Origin: Schmidtea polychroa
Taxonomy: Eukaryota
DNA length: 64,000 nt
Assembly: GCA_044892525.1 (NCBI GenBank)
Contig: CM097885.1
Location: forward strand, 23,810,001-23,874,000
Reading direction: 5' to 3'
Every line of letters begins with the position of its first letter. Within the stretch, counting starts at the first letter, position 1. Both the position numbers and the translations under genes were made by a program. This document shows, piece after piece, positions 25,690 to 38,273 of the stretch. The notes under the pieces are model-generated. The model saw only the letters and a program-made list of their open reading frames with translations. It was not told where the DNA came from and did not search any database.

Positions 25690-26556
25690 GCTGTAGTTTT
25701 CTGTGGGTTTGTAGGATCCAGCTTTTGGACGTCTAGCAACTGATTTTACTACATCTTACCGGGTGTCGGGTATGATATCGACACAAATGTCTCTTAATTG
25801 CAGGTAAATTTCTCTGATGCTTGCCAAATCATTTTCTGTTTGTAAATCTGAAAAGTGATGTGCCTCCTCTCGAGACACTTAGCGGATCCCAGTTCGCGTA
25901 TCCACGGGGATTTTCTCGTTGCATATTTACCGTATTCTCTCGACGCAATCTTCTCCATCAAACTGGCCTATAATGTATCTTTCGGTCATACCATGGGCAT
26001 GTGATTGGTAATATTTGACTTGTTGACTGAGGCTGACCCGCGTATCGAGTATTAGATCACCATTGACGTGAGTAATGGTTACCTCCACTAACGTCGACTT
26101 AAGGAACTGTCGTAATGTAGCGTAATGCGCAGCTAAATAGATGGTGAGGCTATCTTGTTTTGCACTCGATTGCTGCCGTACAAATGACTTGAAAGTATTT
26201 AAATAATTTTCGTTGACGTCATACGTCCAATTCGGTCGTGATTGTTTCTAGTGTGATAATCACTAGGAGAGAGGTTTCCAAATAGAAGAATATACATCAT
26301 TATTACCAACTTTATATCCCTGGATTGCAATTGTTATATACCAATTTTCATTTTCTTTGAAACTGATTTCGTCAAAAACATAATAAAATTTTGCATATCT
26401 GTTGTTGAACCATGCATGCTGATTACATGCTAGATTTGAATCTATCCGTTTAAAAACATCACCAATAGTTTTAACATCTATCATTGAAAGCGTGCCGCAT
26501 AAGAATTGAAATTGAGTTGGAACCGGTTGTACCATTTCTTTAGGTTTCTTGGTCAT
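25690..26556 (-). pseudogene. Decayed ~290-codon ORF of unknown function
   Basis: The frame of the 97-aa ORF continues through scattered stops (KQSRPNWTYDVNENYLNTFKSF...LASIREIYLQLRDICVDII). Higher GC than flanks. TATAAAAA lies ~30 nt upstream of the ATG and CCAATCAG at ~26609. Confidence 0.55.
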
Positions 26557-26817
26557 CGTGATGATGAAAATGAAATGTTACAGGGTTTTTATACCTTTTG
26601 CCTATCATCCAATCAGATTATAGCATGTCTTTGTTTAAATTGCATGTCATTTGCATTAATGTCGCATTAATGTTTTTATTATAAATAATGTTTTTATTAT
26701 TATTATTATTTCTAATATTATTATTACTATTATTATTTATATTTCTAATATTATTTATATTTGTATTACTATTATTATTATTTCTATTTCTATTATTATT
26801 TATATTTCTATTATTTA

Positions 26818-27265
26818 CTAAAAACAAAACAAAACAAAATAATTCAACATAAAAATAAATTTTGATACAATCTGACTCGAGTGATGATTTCTCAAAGTCT
26901 TCACCAAACACCATTCAACGTATCGTTGATAACGGAAATTGCAGCACCTGCGTCCGAAAAGGCAAGGATCCTCTGGTTTCATTTCTTTCATCACCCTTCC
27001 TATCTTGACATCCATTGGAAAGGTGTTTATTATATCGAATATCCAGATTCGTGTATGGTTGTATACCAAATCCGGAATGATAGCTGCATCTCTATCTTAT
27101 AGAATTTCATTTAATTCTGGATAATAAAAGCATAACCTTTGCAGGACAAATGATTGATATTCATCTGTAAAAAATATATATTAATGTAATAATAAAAAAT
27201 TTGAAATTACCATAATTTTCATCCTCTTTCACTGAGGTGATTGCGGAACTTTGTATGTTGTACAT
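26818..27265 (-). pseudogene. Two-exon small gene of unknown function with one premature stop
   Basis: Exon 1 (27265-27211, MYNIQSSAITSVKEDENY) and a 46-nt GT..AG intron (27210-27165) join in frame to DEYQSFVLQRLCFYYPELNEIL*DRDAAIIPDLVYNHTRIWIFD... Confidence 0.55.
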
Positions 27266-27338
27266 TTTTGTAAAAAATGATTTCTAAACAGAAAACAGAT
27301 TGTTTAAAACAAACATTAACCAATTAGAAATTACCCAA

Positions 27339-27759
27339 TTAGAAATTGACCAATGAAATTATCTCATTTTGAACATTGTCAACAAATTCCCTATACTCCA
27401 GATTTCTCAGCCCCAGCATGACAACCTTTCTACTAGCAAACACGTTGACACATATAGGGTTATATTTTAATATTTTAAACAATTCTGGTTCTAACATACA
27501 ATCACATTTATTTGACATGTTATATTGATACTATGTCCCATATCCATAGTAACGGTAATTGATTGGATTTTAATATTATTTATTCGATATTGTAATTAAG
27601 TAATATCTAAGGGTTACATCCCATGATTCTGCATTTACTTGTCTTGAAAAATATTATCGGTTATTTTCCGCTTCTATCAACAATTTGCTGTGGTTTTCCT
27701 GAGGGGAACCTCATATTCGATACATCAGAATTTCCTCGATAATTTATATTTGCTAACAT
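27339..27759 (-). pseudogene. Compact TBP-like pseudogene, copy B (near full length, ~140 codons)
   Basis: MLANINYRG...FPSGKPQQIVDRSGK*PIIFFKTSKCRIMGC, then a frameshift, then PLDIT*LQYRINNIKIQSITVTMDMGHSIN...MLEPELFKILKYNPICVNVFASRKVVMLGLRNL. KIQ, EPELF and FxSxKVVxxG match TBP repeat 2. Confidence 0.82.
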
Positions 27760-28398
27760 TATTAAATCATTTATGAAAATTAGTCTTTATATAAAAATTG
27801 AGCACGAGTTCATTAAATCACCGAATATAAACAAACAAACAAACAAACAAAAAACACACACACACACATATATATACATATAAATACATATATATACAAA
27901 TAAATAAGAACTTTGATAAAAAAAATATTAATCTAAAATGGTAAGAATTACCACTGTAGTGTTAAATGGAAAGGTAATTATTCTTTAAATCTAATTAACT
28001 TCAAGTACTTACAACTAGCTACTAACAGATAAGTGCCAACAACTAGATCCCAACAAGAAGCAATCAGCTAGGTACCAGATATCAAGTACTATCTCTTAAA
28101 CAACTGGACACACTTACAACAAGCTACTTACAACCAACTAAGTATTCTTCATTGTATTTTATCAAATGCTTTTAAATTAATTTTTTTATTTGTGTTCAAA
28201 AAATCTTTAATTACAATCAGTAGAAAAACCTGACAATTTGATTTATCAAAAACTTAATCATAAGGAATAATTTGGATTTCATGTCGCTATAAATTATTTT
28301 GATATATAAACTTTTTGATGAAGATCCAATTTCATAAAGGTGATTTATCTTTATATGGAATTTATGGTTTTTGAGACATTTTTTTGAGAGAGGAATAG

Positions 28399-30369
28399 TA
28401 GGGTGGAGCTTATTTTTGAACTTTCAAAATATTACCTTCTTACCCTCCCATTTTGTTCCTATATATGAAAGAAAAATTCAGGCAAAATATGAACACAATT
28501 GAACAATATTTAGGGGTAGCTCAAGGACAGAGAAGTTTCTGATACTCTTAAGCAGCGGCCGCCCATTTATTTACGGTACTTTACTATAGTAACTGAGAAC
28601 TAAGTAAATTGAGACTTTCTCAGACTCTGATAATCATACAACATTTCAATCCTATTTTTACAATATACAATTAACACAAATTCTTCATAGTCCAGGCATG
28701 ATCAGACTTGTTTAGTATGTTTACTGTGTGGACTGGCTATTGCAGGAGTTTGACAAATGTGTTTATAAATTTAAATTGTAAACAGTTGATAACACTACTA
28801 TTAAAGTGAGCATTAAATTGCTGGTAGGCCACTGAAGTGAAGCAAGCCTTCCTGAATCTATAGCTGCTGGTAAGTTAGTTGAATGTTATTTGAATATTGA
28901 ATATTATTTTCAATGTTTAAGTGTGAATAGTAATTAAATGAAGATATAGATTAGTTAGATAAGTAAATGTGAATTTTGTAATACAATTATTCAAATTAAC
29001 ATATCAATCCATGATTCCAAAGTCAATGCTATTTTTATAATATTCATTTCAGATTCATTTCTGTAAGAAAATGTCATCAGTTGCAAAAGCAACACGATCT
29101 CAAACTGAGTTGTATCTTCTTGGCGATTCCGTGACTCAGTTACGTGGCAGCAAGCTGCCATCTTTACGTATGGCTCTTGGACTCTTCCTACATCACCATC
29201 TGGAACTGAAAGAGACAATAAGACAATCATCGGCTGTTACCATTACAGAAGTATCGAAGTTTTGGCAGAAAGCGAGGATCCCGATGAGAGATCATCAAAA
29301 CTGCCAAACCAAGGTTGAGCATGCATTTGAAGAATGGCGTCTTCTGAAAAAGAACAAGGCACGATTATCAGCAACTCAACTAGCGAGAGAATCAGCTTTT
29401 AGTTCCAAGCTCGAAGATCTCTTTGATCTTGCTCATGCTGATGCACTGACCAGCCCCTCGGTACTACAGGAAGATAAAAATTTCTTGTTAGCCCAGAGAG
29501 AAAAAGGAAGAAGGGGGTCGATGACTGGTGCAGATGAAAAACTTGCTGCTAAGGAGAAAAGATCATTTGAACGAGATGAGCAGCGAATGGAGCAAGTGAA
29601 GCAGTTAGCAGCTTCTACCGCTGAACTGATATCGTCATCTTCTGAAACCAGCTTAGATGGTGGAAACATGAAAAGTGGAGAAAATCTGAGTGATGATGCT
29701 GCAGGAGGCAGCACATTTCGGACGCCAAAAAGAAAGAGGGGGCGAAAAACTGTTATTACTCCAGAACTTGCAGTAGCTTTAGATAGAACTAAAGTGTCAG
29801 ATCGCAAGGCTGTTTTCGTTATTGCAGAAACTGCTAAAAGCCTGGGACAGAACATCGATGAACTGCTGCAGAAACAGTTACATCTCTAAAAATTGTAAAT
29901 GACCATGCTGAGCGTGGAGTGGCCCTCATTCAGGAATACAGTGGATTAATCACCCGTGATGAAACACAACTTCAATTCTTGCTGCAAGTTGTCCAGGACC
30001 ATCGCAAAATGTATCCCGACAGCAGGAAAAAGACTCTGTCCGCCATCTCTGGGTTTACATAATAACAGTTAATTTCAAGTTTGCTGGACATTTACAGATT
30101 GTTTGTGTCAGAAGCTAAAGAAACATTTCACTATTAATGTCTATGTGTGTAACACTGAAGTTTGCAAAAAAATAAAATAAAATAGAATCAGAATTTGTTG
30201 AATTTACAAAAATTTTATCATATTTCAGGCACTTGAGCTACCTCTAAACATAAAAATTTATTGCTTAAACTTTTTATACAGTGTTTCTATACCATAAGGA
30301 AGAGATTAGGGGGGTAAGACTTTCAAAAATTATTTTTTTATTTTTTTTTATTTTTTAAGCTCCACCCTA
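28399..30369 (+). mobile_element. Internally deleted hAT-superfamily (hATm-like) DNA transposon
   Basis: 14-bp perfect TIRs TAGGGTGGAGCTTA / TAAGCTCCACCCTA. The transposase N-terminus is fused out of frame to its extreme C-terminus. No clean TSD. Confidence 0.8.
29071..30063 (+). pseudogene. Truncated transposase (N-terminal ORF 29071-29889 plus out-of-frame C-terminus)
   Basis: KLPSLRMALGLFLHH...FWQKARIP...DLFDLAH...FLLAQR...ALDRTKVSDR, then after ~29865 in another frame SLKIVNDHAERGVALIQEYSGLITRDETQLQFLLQVVQDHRK. Confidence 0.85.
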
Positions 30370-30611
30370 TTCCTGGAATAGTGCGAAGAACTCAAACTGC
30401 ACCCTGAGGGTTGCCTTGACATATCATAAGAGTATAAAAGCAAAACAAACGAATGTATACAAGCGGTGTAGTAGTAGAACTAGAATAAAACCCATGAGAT
30501 AAATATTAAATATATCGAAATCTCTCAATTGAAATCATAATTGAAACTAATTAAATAATAAAATTATATTAATTTAATGACATAATGACAAACATATCAC
30601 AAAGTTTGTTT

Positions 30612-31994
30612 CTAATTTTTGATAAGTTCTAATAACTTTGAGTATCCTGAGAATTTTAAAGATTTTCTTTTTTTCAGCATCACGTAGAGATCTCTAACAG
30701 TAATTCTTTTCTTAAAATTAAATTTCGGTTTTGCTTCAATGATCTTATTGTCTGGTTGCAATTTCACGGCTTTCCTTTTATTGAAAGCTCTCACAGCTTC
30801 TCTATTAATATTGTTGATTTGCTGCATGTTGTAGATATTTTTACAATTGTTGCGCAACATTTCACGAGCTTTCTCTCTTTCTTGCCGTTCAAAATCTTTA
30901 TCTGCTAGTTTTTCTTTGTATAATTTTTCTTTTTCTTGTCTTTCTATTTCTGAATTTTGATAATTTCTAAACATTTCTAATTTGTTTAATTGCGATCGAG
31001 TGTCAGTTGTCATTTCTAGATTGGGATTTTCTTTAGTAAATTCTTCTTGACAATTATATCGGTGGCGCGTATAATACGCTGTATGGACCAGTAATATTTC
31101 AGTGAAATGGTGAATAGCGTTTTCTAAGTAATTTAACGCATCTGAAGAACAATTTACCGAGTATTTCTCCAACATGATTTCGTACTTTTTTACATTAAGC
31201 ATATGTTCTTCTTTAATACTTTTTTCACCATTTTCTGGGGATTTTGTGATGTTGACAAATATTTTTTGACTTGGTGTTTCTTGTTCATGGTTTTTGTTTA
31301 CCAATTGGTTTTCGTTTATTTGAGTTGATTCCTTTGAAGTTTCTGTAAGCATTTCAATTTGATTTTGAAATTCGAATCTTTGAATTTTAGTTGGTTTTGG
31401 ATTGTTTTCCAATTCTGGGCATATTTTTCTATTTTTGATAGGCTTAGATACTTGAAAATGTGGTTTATGCTGATCAGGATTTGTGGAAGGATTTGATAAA
31501 ATATTTAGCACCTCTGGTTTGCTTGGAATTTGATTTGAATTAGCCAACATTTGATTAGTGGAAATAGTTTTAATTAAATTTTTACTATCATTCTGTATAA
31601 TTGGTAATATCAAAGGCTTTGAAGGGTGATTTGTCTTGATCTTTGAGATATTTATCAATTCTGGTTTGCTTATTTGTTTATTTTTCTTTGATTTTTCGGC
31701 TTTTAGTATTTTTCTTTTTATGGGACTCTGTTGTTGTGAAGGCAATTTTAGGTTGACTCCTTCTATTGAACATTTTTTATTAATCAAATCTGTCATAAAC
31801 TCATTGACATTCTTTTTTAACTTATTAACAAATGAAATTGGTAATTGAAATAATTCTAAATTTCGAAGAAATTGTTCTGGAGTTTCTCTTTTGTCGATAA
31901 AATTTTGTAAGGATCTCTTGATAGATTCTTTAAATTTAAAATTTTCATTTGTTACAATTTTCGATAAGTATATACAGGAATTTTTAGTAGTCAT
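30612..31994 (-). CDS. TAF4: Divergent intronless TAF4-like TFIID subunit (TAFH/NHR1 domain + histone fold + conserved C-terminal domain)
   Basis: N-terminal SLQNFIDKRETPEQFLRNL...LKKNV ~ TAFH (LVQNLLDGKIEAEDFTSRL...LKRSL). Histone fold SSDALNYLENAIHHFTEILL. TDTRSQLNKLE ~ SDVRAQLKFFE. NREAVRAFNKRK ~ NLTALAAIGPRKK. KRITVRDLYVML ~ TRVNLRDLIFCL. Confidence 0.82.
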   Translation of the reverse strand: MTTKNSCIYLSKIVTNENFKFKESIKRSLQNFIDKRETPEQFLRNLELFQLPISFVNKLKKNVNEFMTDLINKKCSIEGVNLKLPSQQQSPIKRKILKAEKSKKNKQISKPELINISKIKTNHPSKPLILPIIQNDSKNLIKTISTNQMLANSNQIPSKPEVLNILSNPSTNPDQHKPHFQVSKPIKNRKICPELENNPKPTKIQRFEFQNQIEMLTETSKESTQINENQLVNKNHEQETPSQKIFVNITKSPENGEKSIKEEHMLNVKKYEIMLEKYSVNCSSDALNYLENAIHHFTEILLVHTAYYTRHRYNCQEEFTKENPNLEMTTDTRSQLNKLEMFRNYQNSEIERQEKEKLYKEKLADKDFERQEREKAREMLRNNCKNIYNMQQINNINREAVRAFNKRKAVKLQPDNKIIEAKPKFNFKKRITVRDLYVMLKKRKSLKFSGYSKLLELIKN

Positions 31995-32327
31995 TTTTAT
32001 TTTTCAAAATTATTTTAAGATAAAGGAAATAATGGAAAAAGTAATTTTTAAACAATTTCTTTTTAAATTCATTGGTCAAAATTATTTTAAATTTAAATTT
32101 AAATAATAAAAGATTTTTATTGTGACAAAATATAATATATCATATATGTTGTTTATTTATTGTTTATTGTAGTTTATTTATTGTTCGTTAATGATCTTGA
32201 AAATATTTTTGATAAATTGAAATTTTATTAAGAGTTTGAATTTAATTGATTATTCAATCATTATTCATTTTTTGACCCGCTTATAAGTTTAAGTGGCTAT
32301 TTTGACTTGTAAATTTGACCTAAATTT

Positions 32328-32354
32328 CTCGACTTATACGCGAGTATATACGAT
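32328..32354. mobile_element. Orphan right terminal inverted repeat of a Tc1/mariner (pogo-type) MITE
   Basis: ctcgacttatacgcgagtatatacgata resembles the common terminus ...CGACTTATACxCGAGTATATACGG-TA. No partner end was seen. Confidence 0.55.
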
Positions 32355-33722
32355 ACATTCATAATTTTCAATCTTCATTTTTCTTTTCAATTAATTAATG
32401 AATAAAATATTGAAAGTTACAATTTAATTTTAAAAATTGTTATATTTAAATGACATTTATATTATATTAATTTAAACAAAATTACTATTAAAGAATTAAA
32501 AAGTAACATTTTATTTTATTAAAATTAATATGAGGGAAATAATTAATTGCAATATTGGAAAATAATTCTTTCGACATTTATTGATTTAAAATAAATAAAG
32601 CAAAAATTAGAAATTAATTCTTCGTCATTTTGTTAAACAAATAAAACAAAAATCAAATAAATTCCTTCGATATTCAGGTGATTTATAGTAAATAAAATCA
32701 AATAAATGGAAACTCTTTTTAAATAAACAAATGGTTAATAAATAAAAAAATAAAATAAATCAAATAAATTCATTCAAGTGATTAATTTAAAGTAAATAAA
32801 ATAATATAAATGAAAACTTTTTTAAATAAAAAAATGGTTATTAAATGGAAAAGTAAAATAAACAATTTTTAAAATCTTAAAACATTTTCACCTAATTATA
32901 AAATAATTAGATATTTATCTTTCTTAGTCATTTTTAATCAAATATTTAATATTCATAACAACAAATTAAATCTTTAAAACCTTTTAAAACTTCTTTGTGT
33001 TGGAGAAGATCTGTTTGCACATTCTCAACTCGCAATTAGTGTTTTATATCCAATGCTCACCCTACAGGAGATTTCTACTAGTCAACATTTGGTAAGTTCG
33101 TGGGTCGTTGGTAGAAATCGGCCATAAAACCACTTCCCTTGCCTCAATTTTCAATTAGTCGTGGATCGAATTGGATTTATACCATGAACAATTCTATTTA
33201 TTTGATAATAAATCAGAAAGGATTGTAATAATAAATTCGAATATATTTCGCTGTTTTTTCAAATATGTAAAACTATTTTCTTCTGATTTAAATTTTATTT
33301 GAATTTGGACAGTTTCATATTTGTGAAAAATAGGGCTGGAATAGCTGTACTGACCTCATGGAAATGTATTTTCCTTATAATTTCGTTTATAGTGTTGATT
33401 ATCATAGGAATCTATGTAATGTATTGACAACAAAAGATTGTGAAAGTAATTAAATGATAAATTATTATATTTTTACATAAATTTATGTTATTAAATTTTC
33501 TTTAGTTTGTTTTATTTTTTTATTTATTATTTTAAAATTCTTTAATTAATCTTACTCGAGGAAATCTTTAGGGGGAATTTTAATTTTAATTATTTTAATT
33601 TTTATTTGTACATCTTAACAATTTTATATCCGTTTTTTGAACCTTCCAACAAGGTTGTGACTCATGTACTTGTCATTACCATGTTAGTAATTATTATATT
33701 ATATTTTTACATAAATTTATGT

Positions 33723-33828
<106 letters not shown>

Positions 33829-35789
33829 TGCAATAACTTAGGGGAAATAGTCAGTATTCATTATTAGTTGATTGAATGTGTTGGAATATTATTGGTGTTA
33901 GTATTGAATCCTCGTGCTCTTCTTCAATTTTCAAAATAAGGCTCAAAACATTTTATTAAAGAGGTTTGATACAATAATTTTTATTTAAAATAAAAAAACC
34001 AATCAATAAAAATGCATCCAATTATCAAGAAATTAATTAAATTTATCTTAGAACTAACTTTAAATTTTTAAATATTCATTCAATCCACATGAAATTCACG
34101 AAAATGATAAAAATCCTCAAAAACCATCAACTCTAAAAAAAATTACTAATGAATAGACACCAAAATTTATCTAAATAATCTTTCAAATTATTTCATTAAA
34201 ATTGAAGACAACACGCTGGAATTGATCATTACATTCAATTAAAATTAACTAAATCAAGATATGAACTTTGATAAAAAAATATTTTTGTAAAATGATTAGA
34301 ATTAACACTAGTGTTCTTTAAATCTAATTAACTTAGTCATAATTTTCTTTAATTATTACTGCGAATTCTTATCATCTTTCAAAATTTATTAATTAATTTA
34401 AAATTGCATCCTTTAATTTTCTTAATTTTAAATTTTAGCATTTAATTTACCAAAAATAGCATTTAATTACTTTTTTTTAAATATATCTCTTATTATTATT
34501 TCATAAAAAATCTATTTAAATTTATCTTTTAAAATTATTTCAAAATATTTTGCATCTCAAATTGTCAATTCTCATCGTTGATAGTAAATTGTTGACAATA
34601 AAATATTACTGTAATTTTAAAATTTTTACTTTAATTTACTTTTTTTAAAAGTATTACTATAATTTAAAAATTTTAATTTTAATTTAATTCTAGACCATTG
34701 ATTACTCAAGTATAAAATTTTAAACCTTAATTTACCTATTTATCATTAATTTACTTTAATTTAACCCTTTATTTAATTAATTTAGCCCTTGTTTACCAAA
34801 TATAGAAGTTTAAAATATAGACCATTGATTACTTTAATTTAAAAATGTATCCCATAATTTACATAATTTCCATCTAAAATTTATTCATAAAAATATTTAT
34901 ATAAAATTGTCATAGAAAAATATTTTATAAGTTTTCATTTTAAAAATTCATTTCTCATCAGATGATAGTTATTCAAAATATCTGACAATAAATTATTAAT
35001 TTAATTTAAAATTTTACATTAATTTACTTTACTTTAAAATTTTGAACTTAATTACTTTAATTTAAAACTTAACCTTAATTCACCAATTTAATTTAATTTA
35101 CTTAATTTTAAAATTTGGTCCTTAAATTACTAATTTGAACCCTTAATTTACTTAAGTTTAAAAATTTAGAACTTAATAACTCAGTAATTGGTCTCAATAA
35201 GAATTAATTCTCAATGAGAATTAAGAAAAAGGATATTAAAGAAAGAAAGAAATGTATTTTCGGGAAGAAGATTGCAAAGTTCCAGGAGATTGACAAAGAC
35301 TATCTTATAGTCGAAAATGTTTTTTCATTAAATACATTATTTGCAGCTAATGGTTTAAATTATTACTTTATTGTTTTAAATGATATTTTGAAAATAATAA
35401 TAATAACAGTAATAATAATAGTAATAAGATCTTTGTTCTATTGGAGTCCTGTTTTATGAGTCATTGTCTTTGTTCTAAAAAAGATGAGTCATCGATGAGT
35501 CATTGTCTTTGGTAAAGTGTCTATATGTCTTTCTTTAAAAATGATGAGTCATTGACTTTGTTTTGGAGCGTTTAACTAGTACTTTATATTGTTTTATAAG
35601 TCTTGCCCTTTTATTTTGCATTCCTGTGGATGCTGCTGTGTGAGTTGTATGACTTAAATTGACAAAAAATTGATTTGAACTGCTATATTCCAAATTATCA
35701 GTCGACAAACCTACAGCGCTTCACCATGCGCAGTGCTTGTGTAGAAATATATTTACCATTTCAAGAGACCAATCGAAATCAAGGAAAGA

Positions 35790-35870
<81 letters not shown>

Positions 35871-36240
35871 TCTTTTAAAACTTAAATATATTGTACAAAC
35901 ACATTTTAAACGTTAATGTTGACTTATTTAACAAAGACATAATAAAACTAAAATTATTAAATTAAAGATGCAATAATTAAACCAAAATACATGACATACA
36001 GAATACATTAGATATTTGATGGACAAATCTACTAGAAAATTATAATTATTCATTGATGTAGTAATCAACAAAAAAACAAAATAGAGAAAAATTCAATAAT
36101 TAAAATAAAACAAGAGTGCAAATAAAATTATATATTGGATTTTTTGGACCGACTTTTATTTTAGATTTTTAAGGAAGGTGGAGGAAATTGCTACCACAGT
36201 TGTGATTTCTAGTCACTATTCTAGTCTGCGGTACAGAAAT

Positions 36241-36529
36241 CACCTGATTTGTATGATGTTCGGTGGTTTATGGATGTCCCAGGTAATTTAAACCCCTTTG
36301 CTTTAACTGTTTCCTTACTGCCTAAAAGACTATAACATTTCGGGCGTAAGAAAACCCATTCAGAATATCCTAATCCATTTCACTCATCTTTAAACTTCCC
36401 GATGACTGAGTCAAGGTTTCTATTATACAAGGGGTGTGTTGGATCATAGTTCGATGTAACCAATAAATTATCTGAGATCGTCTGAGGTAATAATATTGAT
36501 AATTTAAGATTTTTAATTTCGAGAAATGC
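36241..36529 (-). pseudogene. Polinton-type PolB C-terminal fragment (unit 1)
   Basis: LLPQTISDNLLVTSNYDPTHPLYNRNLDSVIGKFKDE*NGLGYSEWVFLRPKCYSLLGSKETVKAKG is homologous to window 885-1110. Confidence 0.88.
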
Positions 36530-37632
36530 TAAATATTTTACTCAATTACCTTTTGCTAAATATTATTTTAAATGACTAAAAATGACAAAGTTAACCAATA
36601 AATTAGTCGCTCGAAATAGGAATATTAACGAAATATATTACATAAATGGAAATATTTCTCACTAAATTACCTAAGAATTTCTAACTAATATATATGTGCC
36701 TTAATTAATATACCGTTGCGACCAATACCTTTACGACAAATACCGATAGGGGGACAAAATATCTTTGCGGATAAATATATATATATATATAAAAGAACTT
36801 ACAATATGCTATGATCTTTATTGATTAATTTGTTATATATATCAAGAGACTGATATTCATAAATTAACTAAAACTACTCAAATATATTATATTACCTAAA
36901 TGTTTTTACTTAATGATACATTAAATGATCTTGTTTTTTTAATATACCTATGAGTTAATTTCTAAAATAATCATGTTTTTTTATCATGCATTATTTGAAT
37001 ATAAATTTGCTGAATGTGAAATGAACAAGTTTCTTGTTAAATTTCGTAAGAATTTAATAATTAATGATATTTTGCAGAAAGGTATATAAAATCTCTATGA
37101 CTGTTTTCGTCAAAATAAATTAGTTCCTAAAAAACTCACAAAGAATTGCCCTATAAATTTTATTCGAAACTACCCCCAATTAAATGTTTTGTTGTTTTAT
37201 TATTTTCACAAGTTTATTATTATTATTTTTTTAAATCGGCATTAATTGAGAAGGAGATTTCGATTTCCACTTGTCTCATTGGAAAACCTTATAAAACAGG
37301 ACTACACTAGAACAAAGATGTTATTATGATTAATATTATTAATATTATTGTTATTATTACTATTATTATTATTATTTTCAAGATATTATTTATCAAAATA
37401 ATATTATCAATATTAATATTATTATTATTATTACTATTATTATTATAAAGTGATGATTTCTTGGTAGGAGCATTTATTATTTAAAACAATCATTTAAGCG
37501 TTTTGGTGCAAATAATGTATTTAATGAAAAAGATTTTCGACTTGTAGTCCTTGTCAACCTCTTGGAATTTTCTTACCGAAAATACATTTCTATCTTTCTT
37601 TTATTTTCTTTTTCCTAATTCTCATTGAGACC

Positions 37633-37816
<184 letters not shown>

Positions 37817-38273
37817 ATACCGAATTTTATGTCTGGTACAAATATTGTGGATTAAATTTATTTTAAAAATTGAGACATCCGAACTCAGACATAAGAGAAG
37901 TAAAAATTAAAAAAATATAAAACAAAAATAAAATAATATTCAGAGTAAATATAAAAGTCAAATTAAAAATCTAAATTTATTATAATTTATAACAATTAAA
38001 ATTTTGGTAAAATAGTTTTGACATTTTTGTGCAGAATCTAAGTAGAAATTATATGAATTAAAATATAACAATATAAACTTTCAATTATTTATCGTTAAAA
38101 CAAATTAAATAAAATTAAATCTGTGGCTGTTTTTTATGGGAAGTAATGAAGAAGTAATTAAAATTTTGTATTCTTAGTATAAATAAATAAAATAACAGGA
38201 AACAAATAAAATAATAATCAATGTAAATATAAAAGTCAAATTATAAATCTAAATTTATTACATTTTATAAATA

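Noticed and set aside
26618..26914. Asn-rich 98-aa ORF
   Set aside because: Derived from a degenerate (TTA)n low-complexity tract.
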